64,000 bases of DNA, taken from Tagaea sp. (GTDB lineage: Bacteria; Pseudomonadota; Alphaproteobacteria; CACIAM-22H2). A model generated the notes under the pieces. It was not told the origin of the DNA. It ran no database searches and worked only from the letters and a program-made list of their open reading frames with translations. The stretch covers positions 832,001 to 896,000 of the forward strand of contig CBDIIB010000005.1 in assembly GCA_965279525.1 (NCBI GenBank), in the 5' to 3' direction. Every line of letters starts with the position of its first letter. The first letter of the stretch is position 1. A program made the translations under genes and the position numbers. Positions 19,838 to 29,434 of this stretch are shown piece by piece.

Positions 19838-20718
19838 CACGCGGTAACGCCGACCATGCGATCGACATCCGAAAACCAAACTCCGGGCGTTGCACAGGCC
19901 GCAGCGATCGCGGCGGCGAAACGGCCGGGTTCCCGGGCGACTTCCTCCGCCAGTCGGTCGGCACCGCTCCCATAGGCGCGAAGCGCCGCATGATCGGGAA
20001 ATGCGCGCGCTTGCGCCGCAACCATGCGACAGCGGCGCGCGAAGGCCAATGGATCAGGGTCGGTCAGCGCGCCAAGCACGGCATCGCGGCGGTGGCGATA
20101 CTGTGTCACCGGTCGCGCCGTCCTGGCAGCGACGAATCCGGCATCGAGAAGCGACGTGAAAAGCCACCAGTCGAAGGCCATAACGTCCGCACTCGGCAAC
20201 GTGCGATCGAATGCTCCCAGCGGAGCTGCCGCAAGGGCCGTATTCGTAAGCCCCATGAAATTGACGCGCGCCAGAACCGACGGACCTTCGACGCGCGCCG
20301 GAACTTCCGTCCCGGAGAAGAAAAGACGCCTCAAGGCCGCCCCGTCTTCGTCGATGACGGCCATATCACCGAATGAAATGTCGGCATCAACAAGCGTGCC
20401 GCAATGGCTGTCAAGCGCGTCGGGCGACGGCACGTCGTCGGCATCGACCAGAACCACCGCATCGGGGTCGCGCGCACGCGCGGCGCGCAACATCGCGATG
20501 CGAATTGCCGACGGCGTGCCACTAGCCGCAAAAAACCGGACACCCTGTCCGGCTCCGAGGGCTGGCATGGCGGCACGCGCGGATTCCTCGTCGATCCCGT
20601 CAAGTGCCACGACAGCCTCGCGGCCCGGCTCCGACAAGAGTTGCGCGAGAGCCACGCCGAACGCCACGAGCCATTGCGGACGCATGGGATACAATGTCGT
20701 CGCAACCACGATCGTCAC
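19837..20718 (-). CDS. Putative GT-A/GT2-like glycosyltransferase
   Basis: VVLVDADD (DxD), NFMGLTNT, AFDWW, TQYRH; coupled within the operon. Confidence 0.5.
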   Translation of the reverse strand: MTIVVATTLYPMRPQWLVAFGVALAQLLSEPGREAVVALDGIDEESARAAMPALGAGQGVRFFAASGTPSAIRIAMLRAARARDPDAVVLVDADDVPSPDALDSHCGTLVDADISFGDMAVIDEDGAALRRLFFSGTEVPARVEGPSVLARVNFMGLTNTALAAAPLGAFDRTLPSADVMAFDWWLFTSLLDAGFVAARTARPVTQYRHRRDAVLGALTDPDPLAFARRCRMVAAQARAFPDHAALRAYGSGADRLAEEVAREPGRFAAAIAAACATPGVWFSDVDRMVGVTA

Positions 20719-20731
20719 GAGCGTTGACTCT

Positions 20732-21769
20732 TTATTCCGGAGCTAGGTCCGACAAGCTCAGGCGCGTATCAGCTTGGATGGCACGGGCGGCACGGCGACC
20801 GACCACGAGGTCGATCAGCGAAGGATCAATACCCGTTCCCGGGCGGCGGAGATCGAGATCCTCAGGGGCGATGATCTGGCCCGCCTGAATGTCGCGTGCC
20901 GAAACGACCGAGCGGCGATACTCGGCGCTGCGCGAGAGTTCGCGCGCCGACGGGCGCCGGCGCGAAGTGCCCAAGGCAGGATAGATGCGGTCGCGGCTAC
21001 GCATGATCGCCTTCATCTCCTGCGGATCGGCCGACATATGATGGTCCCAGCCGAACATTGCCTTGTCGAGCGTGAAATGCTTTTCGAGGATGACGGCGCG
21101 CTTCGCGATCGATGCCACCGCGATTTCCACGCCCAGCGTATGGTCCGAAAAGCCCACCGGGTAGCCGAAGGTGGCGCGCAGCATGTCCATGTTGTCGAGA
21201 TTCACCTCGTCGTCGTTCGGTGGATACAGCGACACGCAGTGCAGCAGCACGATGTTCGAGCTTCCGGTCGCTTCGACCCAGCCGACGGCCCGGTCGATTT
21301 CGGCTAACGTGCCGAATCCCGTCGACAGCACGATCGTACGCCCGGTTTCGCCGGCCGCCTTGAGCAGGCGCTGGTTGTTCAGGTCCATGGACGCAATCTT
21401 GATGTAAGGCGGGTCGAGTGCGACGAGCTCGTGGAGCTGCGAAACGGAGAATGGCGTCGACGAGAAGGCGATGCCGACCTGCTTGCAGTAGGCGTTGAGC
21501 TCGCCGAGGCTTGCCGGGCTCAATGCGAACTTCTCCATGATCTCCTTGAGCGTGAAATCCTTGCGCTTACGGTAGTCGTCGCCGAGAAAGAAGTTCTTCT
21601 CATAGACCTCCTTGGCGAACAGCGTCGTGTCCCACGACTGGAACTTGACCGCATCGCACCCCAGCGCCTTGGCAGCATCGATCATCTGGCGGGCCAACGA
21701 CATCTCGCCGTTGTGGTTGGCGCCGATTTCGGCGATCACATAGGTCGGTCGGTCCGCTTCAAAGCGCAT
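20732..21769 (-). CDS. neuB: Nonulosonate synthase (NeuB/LegI family)
   Basis: YVIAEIGANHNG, DAVKFQ, STPF, KIASMD, LSTG, LHCVSLYP, GFSDHT, EKHFTLDK, DHHMS, RRS, RRPGTGI. Confidence 0.92.
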   Translation of the reverse strand: MRFEADRPTYVIAEIGANHNGEMSLARQMIDAAKALGCDAVKFQSWDTTLFAKEVYEKNFFLGDDYRKRKDFTLKEIMEKFALSPASLGELNAYCKQVGIAFSSTPFSVSQLHELVALDPPYIKIASMDLNNQRLLKAAGETGRTIVLSTGFGTLAEIDRAVGWVEATGSSNIVLLHCVSLYPPNDDEVNLDNMDMLRATFGYPVGFSDHTLGVEIAVASIAKRAVILEKHFTLDKAMFGWDHHMSADPQEMKAIMRSRDRIYPALGTSRRRPSARELSRSAEYRRSVVSARDIQAGQIIAPEDLDLRRPGTGIDPSLIDLVVGRRAARAIQADTRLSLSDLAPE

Positions 21770-22364
21770 GGCTGTTGGATTCCTTGCTCGAAAGTTGAAA
21801 GATATCACCCGCGCGCGCAATCGTGCCCGCGGGAACCTCGGCACCGGGCAGTACGATCGCCCGGGTTCCGACGATCGCGAAGGCGCCGACGCGGCAGCCG
21901 CCGAGGACGACGGCGCCGGGCCCGATATGCGCACCCTCCTCCACCATGCAGTCGTGTTCGACGATCGCGCCAGTATTGACGATGACGCCGCGACCCAACT
22001 GCGTGTTCGGCTGTACGACCGCACCCGCCAGCACCATTGCGCCGGGCCCCAGCACGGCCGAGGGACTCACGATTGCCGTCGGATGGATGACCCCGGGCGC
22101 GATCGCTCCGCGGCCGAGATAGGCATCCAAAACCGCGACGCGGCGGCGTAGCTGTGCGACCGTAAGGCCGCCCATCCCGAGCACAAGATTGCCGGCTGTC
22201 GGGTCCGCGTCGGCGTCGGTCGCGATGCGCCGTGCGTCCGGCAGCCAGACGGCAGGCTGTGGATCAACATAGGCAGCGATCCTTTCGCCGCGGGCAATCA
22301 GCCCTTCGACGACGGCCTTCGCATGTCCGCCCGCACCGATCAGGATCCAGTCCCGCGCGGTCAT
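21759..22364 (-). CDS. NeuD/PglD-family sugar acetyltransferase (left-handed beta-helix)
   Basis: ILIGAGGHAKAV, IHPTAIVS, hexapeptide repeats, NTGAIVEHDC. Confidence 0.88.
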   Translation of the reverse strand: MTARDWILIGAGGHAKAVVEGLIARGERIAAYVDPQPAVWLPDARRIATDADADPTAGNLVLGMGGLTVAQLRRRVAVLDAYLGRGAIAPGVIHPTAIVSPSAVLGPGAMVLAGAVVQPNTQLGRGVIVNTGAIVEHDCMVEEGAHIGPGAVVLGGCRVGAFAIVGTRAIVLPGAEVPAGTIARAGDIFQLSSKESNSHAL

Positions 22365-23473
22365 GGCAGAGCCGCGAGCACGTCTTCGATCACGCGTGTC
22401 TGCTCGTCCGACGCAAGGAAGCTCGAGCAGGGCAACGAAACCACCCGCCCCGACAGGTCGTCTGCAACTCCGCGCGCGAAACGCTCGGCCCCGCTGTAGG
22501 GCGCCTGACGCGACAGGCTGCGCCAGAACCGGCGCGCGCCGATCTTCCGTGCGGCCAGGCGACGCACCACCCGATCAGCCAGGGCGGCATCCGCAAACGC
22601 GACTGAATAGAGCCAGCACGAGCTTTCCGCCCATGCCAAGCGCGGCATGAGGCCGACATCTTCGCGGGTGGAGAATGCCGCATCGTAACGCGCGGCGATC
22701 CCGCGGCGCGCGGCAACCATCTCGTCCAGACGCTCAAACTGAGCCAGTCCGATCGCGGCATTCACGTTCGTCATGCGGTAGTTGAAGCCAACCGCATCGT
22801 GCTCGTATTCCTCACCGGGACGCGCCTGCGTGCTCAGATGGCGCGCGCGCGCCAGAATAGGTGCCGAGTCGGAGAGCAGCATGCCACCTCCCCCCGCCGT
22901 GATCACCTTGTTGCCGTTGAAACTGATCGTGCCGATGTCGGCAAGCCCGCCCGCCGGCCGACCCTTGTAGCGCGCCCCGAGCGCGCCTGCCGCGTCCTCG
23001 ATCAACAGGATGTCGTGTCCGGCGACCGCAGCACGGATAGTATCCCAGTCGGCCGGATGCCCGAGCACGTCGACCGCGATCACGGCTTTGGGCGCGATCC
23101 TTTTCGCGGCGAGCAGTTCGGCAAGCATCCCCGCGTCGAGGCACCAGGACTCCGGATCGATATCGACGAACACCGGTACGGCGCCGGCATGCAGAACTGC
23201 ATTCGCCGTCGCGGCGAAGGTCCAGTCGGGCAGCACCACCTGATCGCCGGGGCGAATACCGCCGCTCAGCAATGCAAGATGCAGGGCCGCCGTGCCGTTG
23301 ACAGCCGCGACCGCATGGGCCTGACGCACATACGCCGCAAGCCGGTTCTCCAGTTCTGTGACGAACGGTCCGGCCGACGAGACCCAATTGTCTTCGACGC
23401 AACGGCGCAGATACTCGATCTCGCGGCCGCGCAGGTCCGGGACCGAAAGCGGAATGAATCCGTCGTTGCTCAC
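22361..23473 (-). CDS. legC: LegC-family DegT/DnrJ aminotransferase
   Basis: IPLSVPDL, NWVSSAGPFV, NGTAALHLAL, IEDAAGALG, SFNGNKVITAGGGG, GFNYRMTNVNAA; GTGA overlap at the start. Confidence 0.88.
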   Translation of the reverse strand: MSNDGFIPLSVPDLRGREIEYLRRCVEDNWVSSAGPFVTELENRLAAYVRQAHAVAAVNGTAALHLALLSGGIRPGDQVVLPDWTFAATANAVLHAGAVPVFVDIDPESWCLDAGMLAELLAAKRIAPKAVIAVDVLGHPADWDTIRAAVAGHDILLIEDAAGALGARYKGRPAGGLADIGTISFNGNKVITAGGGGMLLSDSAPILARARHLSTQARPGEEYEHDAVGFNYRMTNVNAAIGLAQFERLDEMVAARRGIAARYDAAFSTREDVGLMPRLAWAESSCWLYSVAFADAALADRVVRRLAARKIGARRFWRSLSRQAPYSGAERFARGVADDLSGRVVSLPCSSFLASDEQTRVIEDVLAALP

Positions 23474-24162
23474 TTCTTGCCTTCCAGATAAGTCAGCACG
23501 TCGTTCATCTTGAAAACCTGCCCCTCGACAAACAGCGCGTCGAAAATGCCGCGCATGAATACAACGTCGGCCGGCTCGTCGACGGTCCAACCGTGCCGGC
23601 TGAGATCGACGCCGTTCTCGATCGACACGACCCGGAACTGCGTGGGGTGGTCGCGCAGATAGAGCGCAAACAGCTCGCGTTCTTCGGCGCGGATCAGGTT
23701 TTCATGGCACCAGCGCGTGGCGCGGCGTGACACGACGTCGGCCGACAGGCCCAGCGGATAGCTCCACTTCACCCGGTTCGACACGAAATCGCCGTCGGTT
23801 GCCACAGCCGTGCGCACCATCCGGTCGAGAAGGTCTGGATCGATCAGAGGGCAATCGCCGCCGACCTTGAGGAGAAAATCAGTATCCGTGAGATCGAAGA
23901 CCTTGGCGATGCGAGCCGCGAGATCGTCTTCCACCGGTTCGCGAACCGCCGGAACGCCCTGCGTTGCTGCATAGGCCACCATCGGATCGTTCCGCGGATC
24001 GGCGGTCGTCGCAAGCACGATCGTCTCAAGCCCCGGCACGCGCCGCAGGCGGTCGATCAGGTGCCAAAGCATCGGCTTACCGCCGAATTCGAGCATTACC
24101 TTTCCCGGTACGCGGCTCGATCCCATGCGCGCCTGGATCGCGCCTGCAACGCGGGCGTTCAT
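23470..24162 (-). CDS. SpsF-type cytidylyltransferase
   Basis: IQARMGSSRVPGKVM, GGDCPLIDP, YPLGL, WTVDEPAD. Confidence 0.85.
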   Translation of the reverse strand: MNARVAGAIQARMGSSRVPGKVMLEFGGKPMLWHLIDRLRRVPGLETIVLATTADPRNDPMVAYAATQGVPAVREPVEDDLAARIAKVFDLTDTDFLLKVGGDCPLIDPDLLDRMVRTAVATDGDFVSNRVKWSYPLGLSADVVSRRATRWCHENLIRAEERELFALYLRDHPTQFRVVSIENGVDLSRHGWTVDEPADVVFMRGIFDALFVEGQVFKMNDVLTYLEGKK

Positions 24163-25151
24163 GCGGCCAACTCGAGCACGGCTCGCGCCAGTCGGTCGAC
24201 GCTGCCATGCAGCGCGGCGGCCAGGTCGTCACGCCCGCTGCTGCGCGGGTGCTCCATTGCCGTTGCCAGCGCGGCTTCGCTGTCGACGCGGTCGATGAAG
24301 CCGTGGCGGCTGAGCGGACACTGGTCGGGGCCGATCGCCCCCGGCTGCACGCTGACAACCGCGCGCCCCGCAAGGAACGCGTCGATCATCGGCGAAGAGA
24401 ACATGCCCAGCACCGTTCCGACCCGATCGAGCAGCCCGCGCTCGAACGGCATCAAGATCGCGCCGGCCAGCAGCGCCGGCTCCGGGCGCTTCTGAACCGG
24501 ATGCGCGGAATACAGGAGTTCGGCGAAAAGGTCAGGACGCCGGGCGCGCAGATTCGTCACAAGGCGCCAGCTCTCGTCTTCGGTGTAGCCAAGCGTGCGG
24601 CCGTAGCCGTCCGACACCGGCGCGCTCAGGTAAAGCACGCTGTCTCTGCGCGCCGGCGGCATCGGCGTGACGAATTCCCAACTCGGCTGGCCGACGACGG
24701 CGAACCGGTCAACCGGCAGCCCCGCCTCAGCAGCTTCGCGCACGGCATTGGCATCGATCACGAATATGCGCTCACCCACCACCAGGCCCTCCGGCCCTTC
24801 GAAGCGGCGGCGATAGTTTGTCCAGGTGTCGATGAACTGTGCACGCGGGTGCCCGGCAGCGGCTTCCATCGCAGCGAATTCGAGTGGATGGCCGGCCGCC
24901 GACACTACGAACGCGTCGGGCATCCATCCGGCCTGCGCCAGCCGCCCGTATGCTGCCGCAAACCCTGCCGCCGTATTCTCTGTCACAAGGCGCGCAAGTC
25001 CCGGCGCCAGCTTGCGCACGCATTCTTCGGCGTAGGGGCCAACGATCAAGCGCCAGTCGATCTCGGCGCCTGCCCGCTGCCAGTGCGAAAGCAAAGGCAC
25101 CACGAAAGCCGCCGCATTCGTTTCGACGGCGACGAAGATGACGCGCTTCAC
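24159..25151 (-). CDS. Putative GT-B transferase (candidate nonulosonate transferase)
   Basis: FIDTWTNY, VVGQPSW, YSAHP, VLGMFSSPMIDAFLAG; coupled between an aminotransferase and a cytidylyltransferase. Confidence 0.45.
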   Translation of the reverse strand: MKRVIFVAVETNAAAFVVPLLSHWQRAGAEIDWRLIVGPYAEECVRKLAPGLARLVTENTAAGFAAAYGRLAQAGWMPDAFVVSAAGHPLEFAAMEAAAGHPRAQFIDTWTNYRRRFEGPEGLVVGERIFVIDANAVREAAEAGLPVDRFAVVGQPSWEFVTPMPPARRDSVLYLSAPVSDGYGRTLGYTEDESWRLVTNLRARRPDLFAELLYSAHPVQKRPEPALLAGAILMPFERGLLDRVGTVLGMFSSPMIDAFLAGRAVVSVQPGAIGPDQCPLSRHGFIDRVDSEAALATAMEHPRSSGRDDLAAALHGSVDRLARAVLELAA

Positions 25152-26470
25152 GAGGCCGCGCGTTCCGTTGCTGAGGGTTCGCTGCGAGAACCCAACAGGG
25201 CCTGGCGCTGGTCAAGGACCTTGCGGCAGGCGGCCGCGAACAGATCCATGTCTTCCTCGGTCTGCGGAGGCTGCATGATGTAAGTCAGCACGAAGTCGCG
25301 GCCGGCAAGCCGCTCGCAGACCGGATAGGAGGACGGGTCGTAGCCCAGCAGATCCGGCCGGGCGTTTGCCGTGAAGGGAAAGCCGTTGGCTCCGAAAGCG
25401 ATGCGGCTGCGGTAGACCGGCTCGCGATACATCGGCTTCAGATAGCCGGCCCGGATGGCCGCACCCTCGGCAGCCATCGCCTCGACGAAGAGGTTGCGCG
25501 GCAGGCCGGTCTCTCGTTCGTCGTAGAGGATTGGAAACATATAGTAGACGTGGCGGCCACCCGCGCGAACCACCGGCGGGCGGAGACCCGGCAGGTCTCG
25601 GAGACCCAACGCCAGACGGTTGGCAAGGCGAATCCGCTCCTCATTGAGCGCACCCAGCTTCTTGAACTGCTCAAAAGCGACCGCCGCCTCCATTTCGGTC
25701 ATGCGCAGATTGAGGCCGACGGTATTGACCAAATCCTCCACGCCCATCGCCTCGACGACAGCCTCGCCGTGGTTACGCAGCAGCGCCGCCTTGAGCGCGA
25801 TCTTGTCGCTGTTCGTGACCAAGACGCCGCCTTCGCCGGACTGCACCACCTTGTGCCGATTGAAGCTGAAAATTCCTGCATCGCCGATCGTGCCCGTATA
25901 TCGGCCATCGTGGCGGCCGTCCGGGGCCTGGGCATTGTCCTCCACCAGGAAAAGGCCGTGCCGATCTGCGATCGCGCGCAACTCGGTCAGGCGACAGGGA
26001 TGGCCAAAAATATTGACGGCAAAGATACCCTTGGTGCGGGGTGTGATCTTCGCTTCGACAGCGCGCGGATCGAGACCGAAGGTTTCGTCCTCGATGTCCG
26101 CGAAAATCGGAACCGCACCCGTGAACAGGATGGCCGAGGCCGTGGCGCTCATCGTCCAGGGCGAGGTGATCACCTCGTCGCCGGGTCCGATGCCCATCGC
26201 CGACGCCGCCGCGTGCAACGCCGAGGTCGCCGAATTGAATCCGAGCGCATGGCGCACGCCATAATGGCTACAGAATTTCTTTTCTAGGGCGCGCACGCGC
26301 GGGCCACCGTAGAACGCGTCGCCGGGCGATGCGATGAAGCCCGACAGCTCGCCGCTGTCGAGCACGGCCATGACCGCGTCCTTTTCCTCTTTGCCGATCG
26401 AGCGATTGAACTGGAAGGGCTTGCGGATAAGGGGCGTGCCGCCCAGGAGTGCCAGGCTTTCAGACGACAT
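25148..26470 (-). CDS. DegT/DnrJ/EryC1/StrS aminotransferase
   Basis: LALLGGTP, NSATSALHAA, VEDNAQA, SFNRHKVVQSGEGG, NLRMTEMEAA. Confidence 0.9.
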   Translation of the reverse strand: MSSESLALLGGTPLIRKPFQFNRSIGKEEKDAVMAVLDSGELSGFIASPGDAFYGGPRVRALEKKFCSHYGVRHALGFNSATSALHAAASAMGIGPGDEVITSPWTMSATASAILFTGAVPIFADIEDETFGLDPRAVEAKITPRTKGIFAVNIFGHPCRLTELRAIADRHGLFLVEDNAQAPDGRHDGRYTGTIGDAGIFSFNRHKVVQSGEGGVLVTNSDKIALKAALLRNHGEAVVEAMGVEDLVNTVGLNLRMTEMEAAVAFEQFKKLGALNEERIRLANRLALGLRDLPGLRPPVVRAGGRHVYYMFPILYDERETGLPRNLFVEAMAAEGAAIRAGYLKPMYREPVYRSRIAFGANGFPFTANARPDLLGYDPSSYPVCERLAGRDFVLTYIMQPPQTEEDMDLFAAACRKVLDQRQALLGSRSEPSATERAAS

Positions 26471-26475
26471 TGATC

Positions 26476-27477
26476 TCACCTGTTTTGCAAGAACGGAGTG
26501 GGCGCCGCCGGCGCCCCGTGATTTCCCGCCGACACGCGCGCCGCGTCGAGAACGGCAGCGACGTGCGCTGCTGCATGCCCGCTGCAGCCTTCAAGTGCTG
26601 CACCGGACGCGAGAAACCGCGTCGCCGCCGCATAGAGTTCAAGAAAGCCCTGCACGGGTCCTTCGTCGGCCAGAGCCGGGACATCGCCCAGATGCCGATA
26701 GTCTTTGTAGAACCGTCCGTCGATCGGCGTTCGCCAAGCGATCGCCGCGCCGCCAGCGCGCCATTCCAGAATGCCGTCGGCGGCCACGATGTCCATTTCG
26801 AGCTGGTCGTACCCAAGCCCGTCGAGACCGACAAAGAAGACATCGAACCCCGCTTCCATCCGGCAAAGGAAGGGCAGTGTCCAGTCGGCCGCTCCGAACG
26901 CACGCGACGGTCCCAAGGCCTGCACCGAGACGATCTGGCCGTACCAGTCTACCAACAGGTCGACGGCGTGGCTTGCGTAGTTGAGAAGCCCTTTGCCATA
27001 ACGGCAAGTCGCCGCCAGCGGCCGTTGCGGCCGGCGCGTGCGCCATGCGCGATGGCGCACATCGAAGCGCCGGTTGTAGTTCACACGCAACGGAACGCCT
27101 ACCGCGTCGGCAAGGTGTGCAATCCGCGCTGCCGATGCAGCGTCGTCGGCGATCGGCTTCTCCAGCACAAGCAGCCCCGGGCGGCGCGCAAGAAGTGCGG
27201 ACACCATCGGTTCGCGGCCCGCACTCGGTGTCGCGAGCGTCACGATGGCGCCAGGCTCGAACGACATATCCTGCCAGTCCGCCACAAGCACACGAGCGAG
27301 ATCCGGATGGCGTGCCGCGACGCGGTCGCGGGCAGCCGCATCGGGATCAGCAAGCCCCGCAATCCGGATGCCGCCCGCGCGCAACAATGCGGCGAGATGG
27401 CTGAGCGGAGCATCGCCCGCCAGATCGCTGTTGCCCGCTCCGATCCGTCCCAGCCCGATGAGGTAGGCCGGGATCAT
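26476..27477 (-). CDS. Gfo/Idh/MocA family oxidoreductase
   Basis: LIGLGRIG, LATPS, VLEKPIA, VNYNRRF, NYASHAVDL. Confidence 0.85.
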   Translation of the reverse strand: MIPAYLIGLGRIGAGNSDLAGDAPLSHLAALLRAGGIRIAGLADPDAAARDRVAARHPDLARVLVADWQDMSFEPGAIVTLATPSAGREPMVSALLARRPGLLVLEKPIADDAASAARIAHLADAVGVPLRVNYNRRFDVRHRAWRTRRPQRPLAATCRYGKGLLNYASHAVDLLVDWYGQIVSVQALGPSRAFGAADWTLPFLCRMEAGFDVFFVGLDGLGYDQLEMDIVAADGILEWRAGGAAIAWRTPIDGRFYKDYRHLGDVPALADEGPVQGFLELYAAATRFLASGAALEGCSGHAAAHVAAVLDAARVSAGNHGAPAAPTPFLQNR

Positions 27478-28022
27478 CTCGTGGCGTCGTATTCGTCCCG
27501 CAGCACACTCATGACCGCCATGTCGTAGTAGCGGCCATTGCGGTAGATGAACTGGCGACGCATGCCTTCATGCACGAATCCGGCCTTCTCGTAGCAGCGG
27601 ACGGCGCGTTTGTTGTCCGCATTGACGCCGAGCTGAACCGAATTGAGATTGAGCTTCGCGAACGCGTAGTCGAGGCAAAGCCCGGTCGCCTCCGCGCCGT
27701 AGCCCTTGCCCCACGCGGCGGGCTCGCCGATCAGGATATTGAACTGCGCGCGCCGGCACGCCCACTGCACGAGATAGAGTCCGCACGTGCCGACTAGATG
27801 TCCGTCGGCGAGACTGTCCATCGCAAAGACGATCGCGTCCTCGCTTTCGTTGGCCAGCCGCAAGAACGCCTCGCGCTCGCCGCGCCGCGCCGGACGCAGG
27901 CCCATTTCGAGATACTCGGTCACGGCTGCGTCGTCGAGCCAGCGCGAATACGCCTCCGCGTCCGAATCGGCCACCGCGCGCAAGCCCAGGCGCGCTCCGC
28001 GGATGAAATAGCTCGGCGCCAT
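27474..28022 (-). CDS. GNAT (RimJ/PseH-like) N-acetyltransferase
   Basis: ILIGEPAAWGKGYG, LNLNSVQLGV, NKRAVRCYEKAGFVHEG; TGATG coupling to the hisF-like gene. Confidence 0.85.
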   Translation of the reverse strand: MAPSYFIRGARLGLRAVADSDAEAYSRWLDDAAVTEYLEMGLRPARRGEREAFLRLANESEDAIVFAMDSLADGHLVGTCGLYLVQWACRRAQFNILIGEPAAWGKGYGAEATGLCLDYAFAKLNLNSVQLGVNADNKRAVRCYEKAGFVHEGMRRQFIYRNGRYYDMAVMSVLRDEYDATR

Positions 28023-28783
28023 CAGATCGGCCTCACGTTGATGCCGGCCGTCTGCATGAATGCCTTGGCCTTGATCGGTTTGTTGTCGCTGAAAGCGAAC
28101 AGACTCGAGCATGCGACCGACGAGGCGCGCCCCAGCGCGATCGCGTCGACAAGGTCCTGCAGCAGGCCGCATCCGCCCGCGGCAATCACGGGAATGCCGA
28201 CTGAATTGGCGACTTGGCGGATCAGCTCGAGATCATAGCCCTCCATCGTTCCGTCGCGATCGATGGAATTGATCAGGATCTCGCCGGCCCCCAGTCGCTC
28301 CATCTCGCGCGCATAGGATACAGGATCGCGCCCCGTCGGCGTGAACCCGCCGTCGACGAAGACTTCGCAATCGCCATTCGGCATGCGCCTGGCGTCGATC
28401 GACACGACGATGCACTGGGTGCCAAACGATTCGGCAGCTTTGACAAGAAATGCGGGATCCCGGAACGCCGCCGTGTTGAGCGCCACCTTATCGGCGCCGA
28501 TCTGCAGCATTCGGCGAATGTGATCGATGCTTGAAACCCCGCCGCCGATGGTGAGCGGCATGACGCATTCCTCCGCAAACTCGGAGATGGACGTCCAGTC
28601 CGGCTCGCGCTTCTCCTGGGTCGCCGTGATGTCTAGAAAAATCAGTTCGTCGACGTCCTGGCTGTCGAACACCTTGCCCATCGTCATCGGATGCCCGATG
28701 TCGCGATATTCGTCGAACCGGATCGTCTTGATGATCCGCCTATTCTTGAGGGTGAGAACCGGGATGAGGCGCGCGTAGGACAT
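28022..28783 (-). CDS. hisF: HisF-like cyclase subunit of a sugar amidotransferase complex (WbuZ-like)
   Basis: DELIFLDI, PLTIGGG, GADKVALN, FGTQCIVVSID, GAGEILINSIDRDGTMEGYD; the catalytic Asp of IPCLD is replaced (IPVLT). Confidence 0.88.
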   Translation of the reverse strand: MSYARLIPVLTLKNRRIIKTIRFDEYRDIGHPMTMGKVFDSQDVDELIFLDITATQEKREPDWTSISEFAEECVMPLTIGGGVSSIDHIRRMLQIGADKVALNTAAFRDPAFLVKAAESFGTQCIVVSIDARRMPNGDCEVFVDGGFTPTGRDPVSYAREMERLGAGEILINSIDRDGTMEGYDLELIRQVANSVGIPVIAAGGCGLLQDLVDAIALGRASSVACSSLFAFSDNKPIKAKAFMQTAGINVRPI

Positions 28784-29427
28784 CAGACAAGCCCACTGTT
28801 GACGAAATTTAGAAGCATAAGAAAGCCGTTGGCCTGGCTCTTCTCGGGATGGAACTGCGCACCGTAGATATTGTCGCGACGTACCATCGCGCAGAAATCG
28901 TGACCGTAGTTGGCCGTCGCCACGACGATTTCAGGATCGTGGGCAACCATGTAGTAGCTGTGCACAAAGTAGTAGGTCGAACCGTCGTCCACGCGGTCGG
29001 TCAACGCGCAGTCGTTACGCACTATCTTGACCCGGTTCCAGCCGACATGCGGCACACGGATTCCTTTGCTGCGGTCGAAAACCTGCATGGACGCCTTGAT
29101 CCAACCCAATCCCTTAGTCGGCCGGACCTCGTCGCTCGATTCCGCGAGAAGACCCATCCCGAGGCAAATGCCCAGAAACGGCTTGCGTTTGCCCAGCACC
29201 TGCTCCTCGAGCACGCCGATGAGGCCCGCAGCTTGCAGATTCTGCATCGCGTCCGGAAAGGCGCCCACACCCGGCAGGATGATCCGGTCGGCGGCACGGA
29301 TCTGTGCCGGATCCGACGTAACTACGGCGTCGGCGCCGGTCCGCGAAACGATCTTCGCGACGGAGCGCAGATTGCCCATGCCGTAGTCGACGATCGCGAC
29401 GGTGGTGGACGGAACGGCTTGCGCCAT
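28783..29427 (-). CDS. hisH: HisH-like glutamine amidotransferase (WbuY-like)
   Basis: IVDYGMGNLRSV, LPGVGAF, GICLGM (catalytic Cys), YFVHSY, QFHPEKS. Confidence 0.9.
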   Translation of the reverse strand: MAQAVPSTTVAIVDYGMGNLRSVAKIVSRTGADAVVTSDPAQIRAADRIILPGVGAFPDAMQNLQAAGLIGVLEEQVLGKRKPFLGICLGMGLLAESSDEVRPTKGLGWIKASMQVFDRSKGIRVPHVGWNRVKIVRNDCALTDRVDDGSTYYFVHSYYMVAHDPEIVVATANYGHDFCAMVRRDNIYGAQFHPEKSQANGFLMLLNFVNSGLV

Positions 29428-29434
29428 CTTCTCT

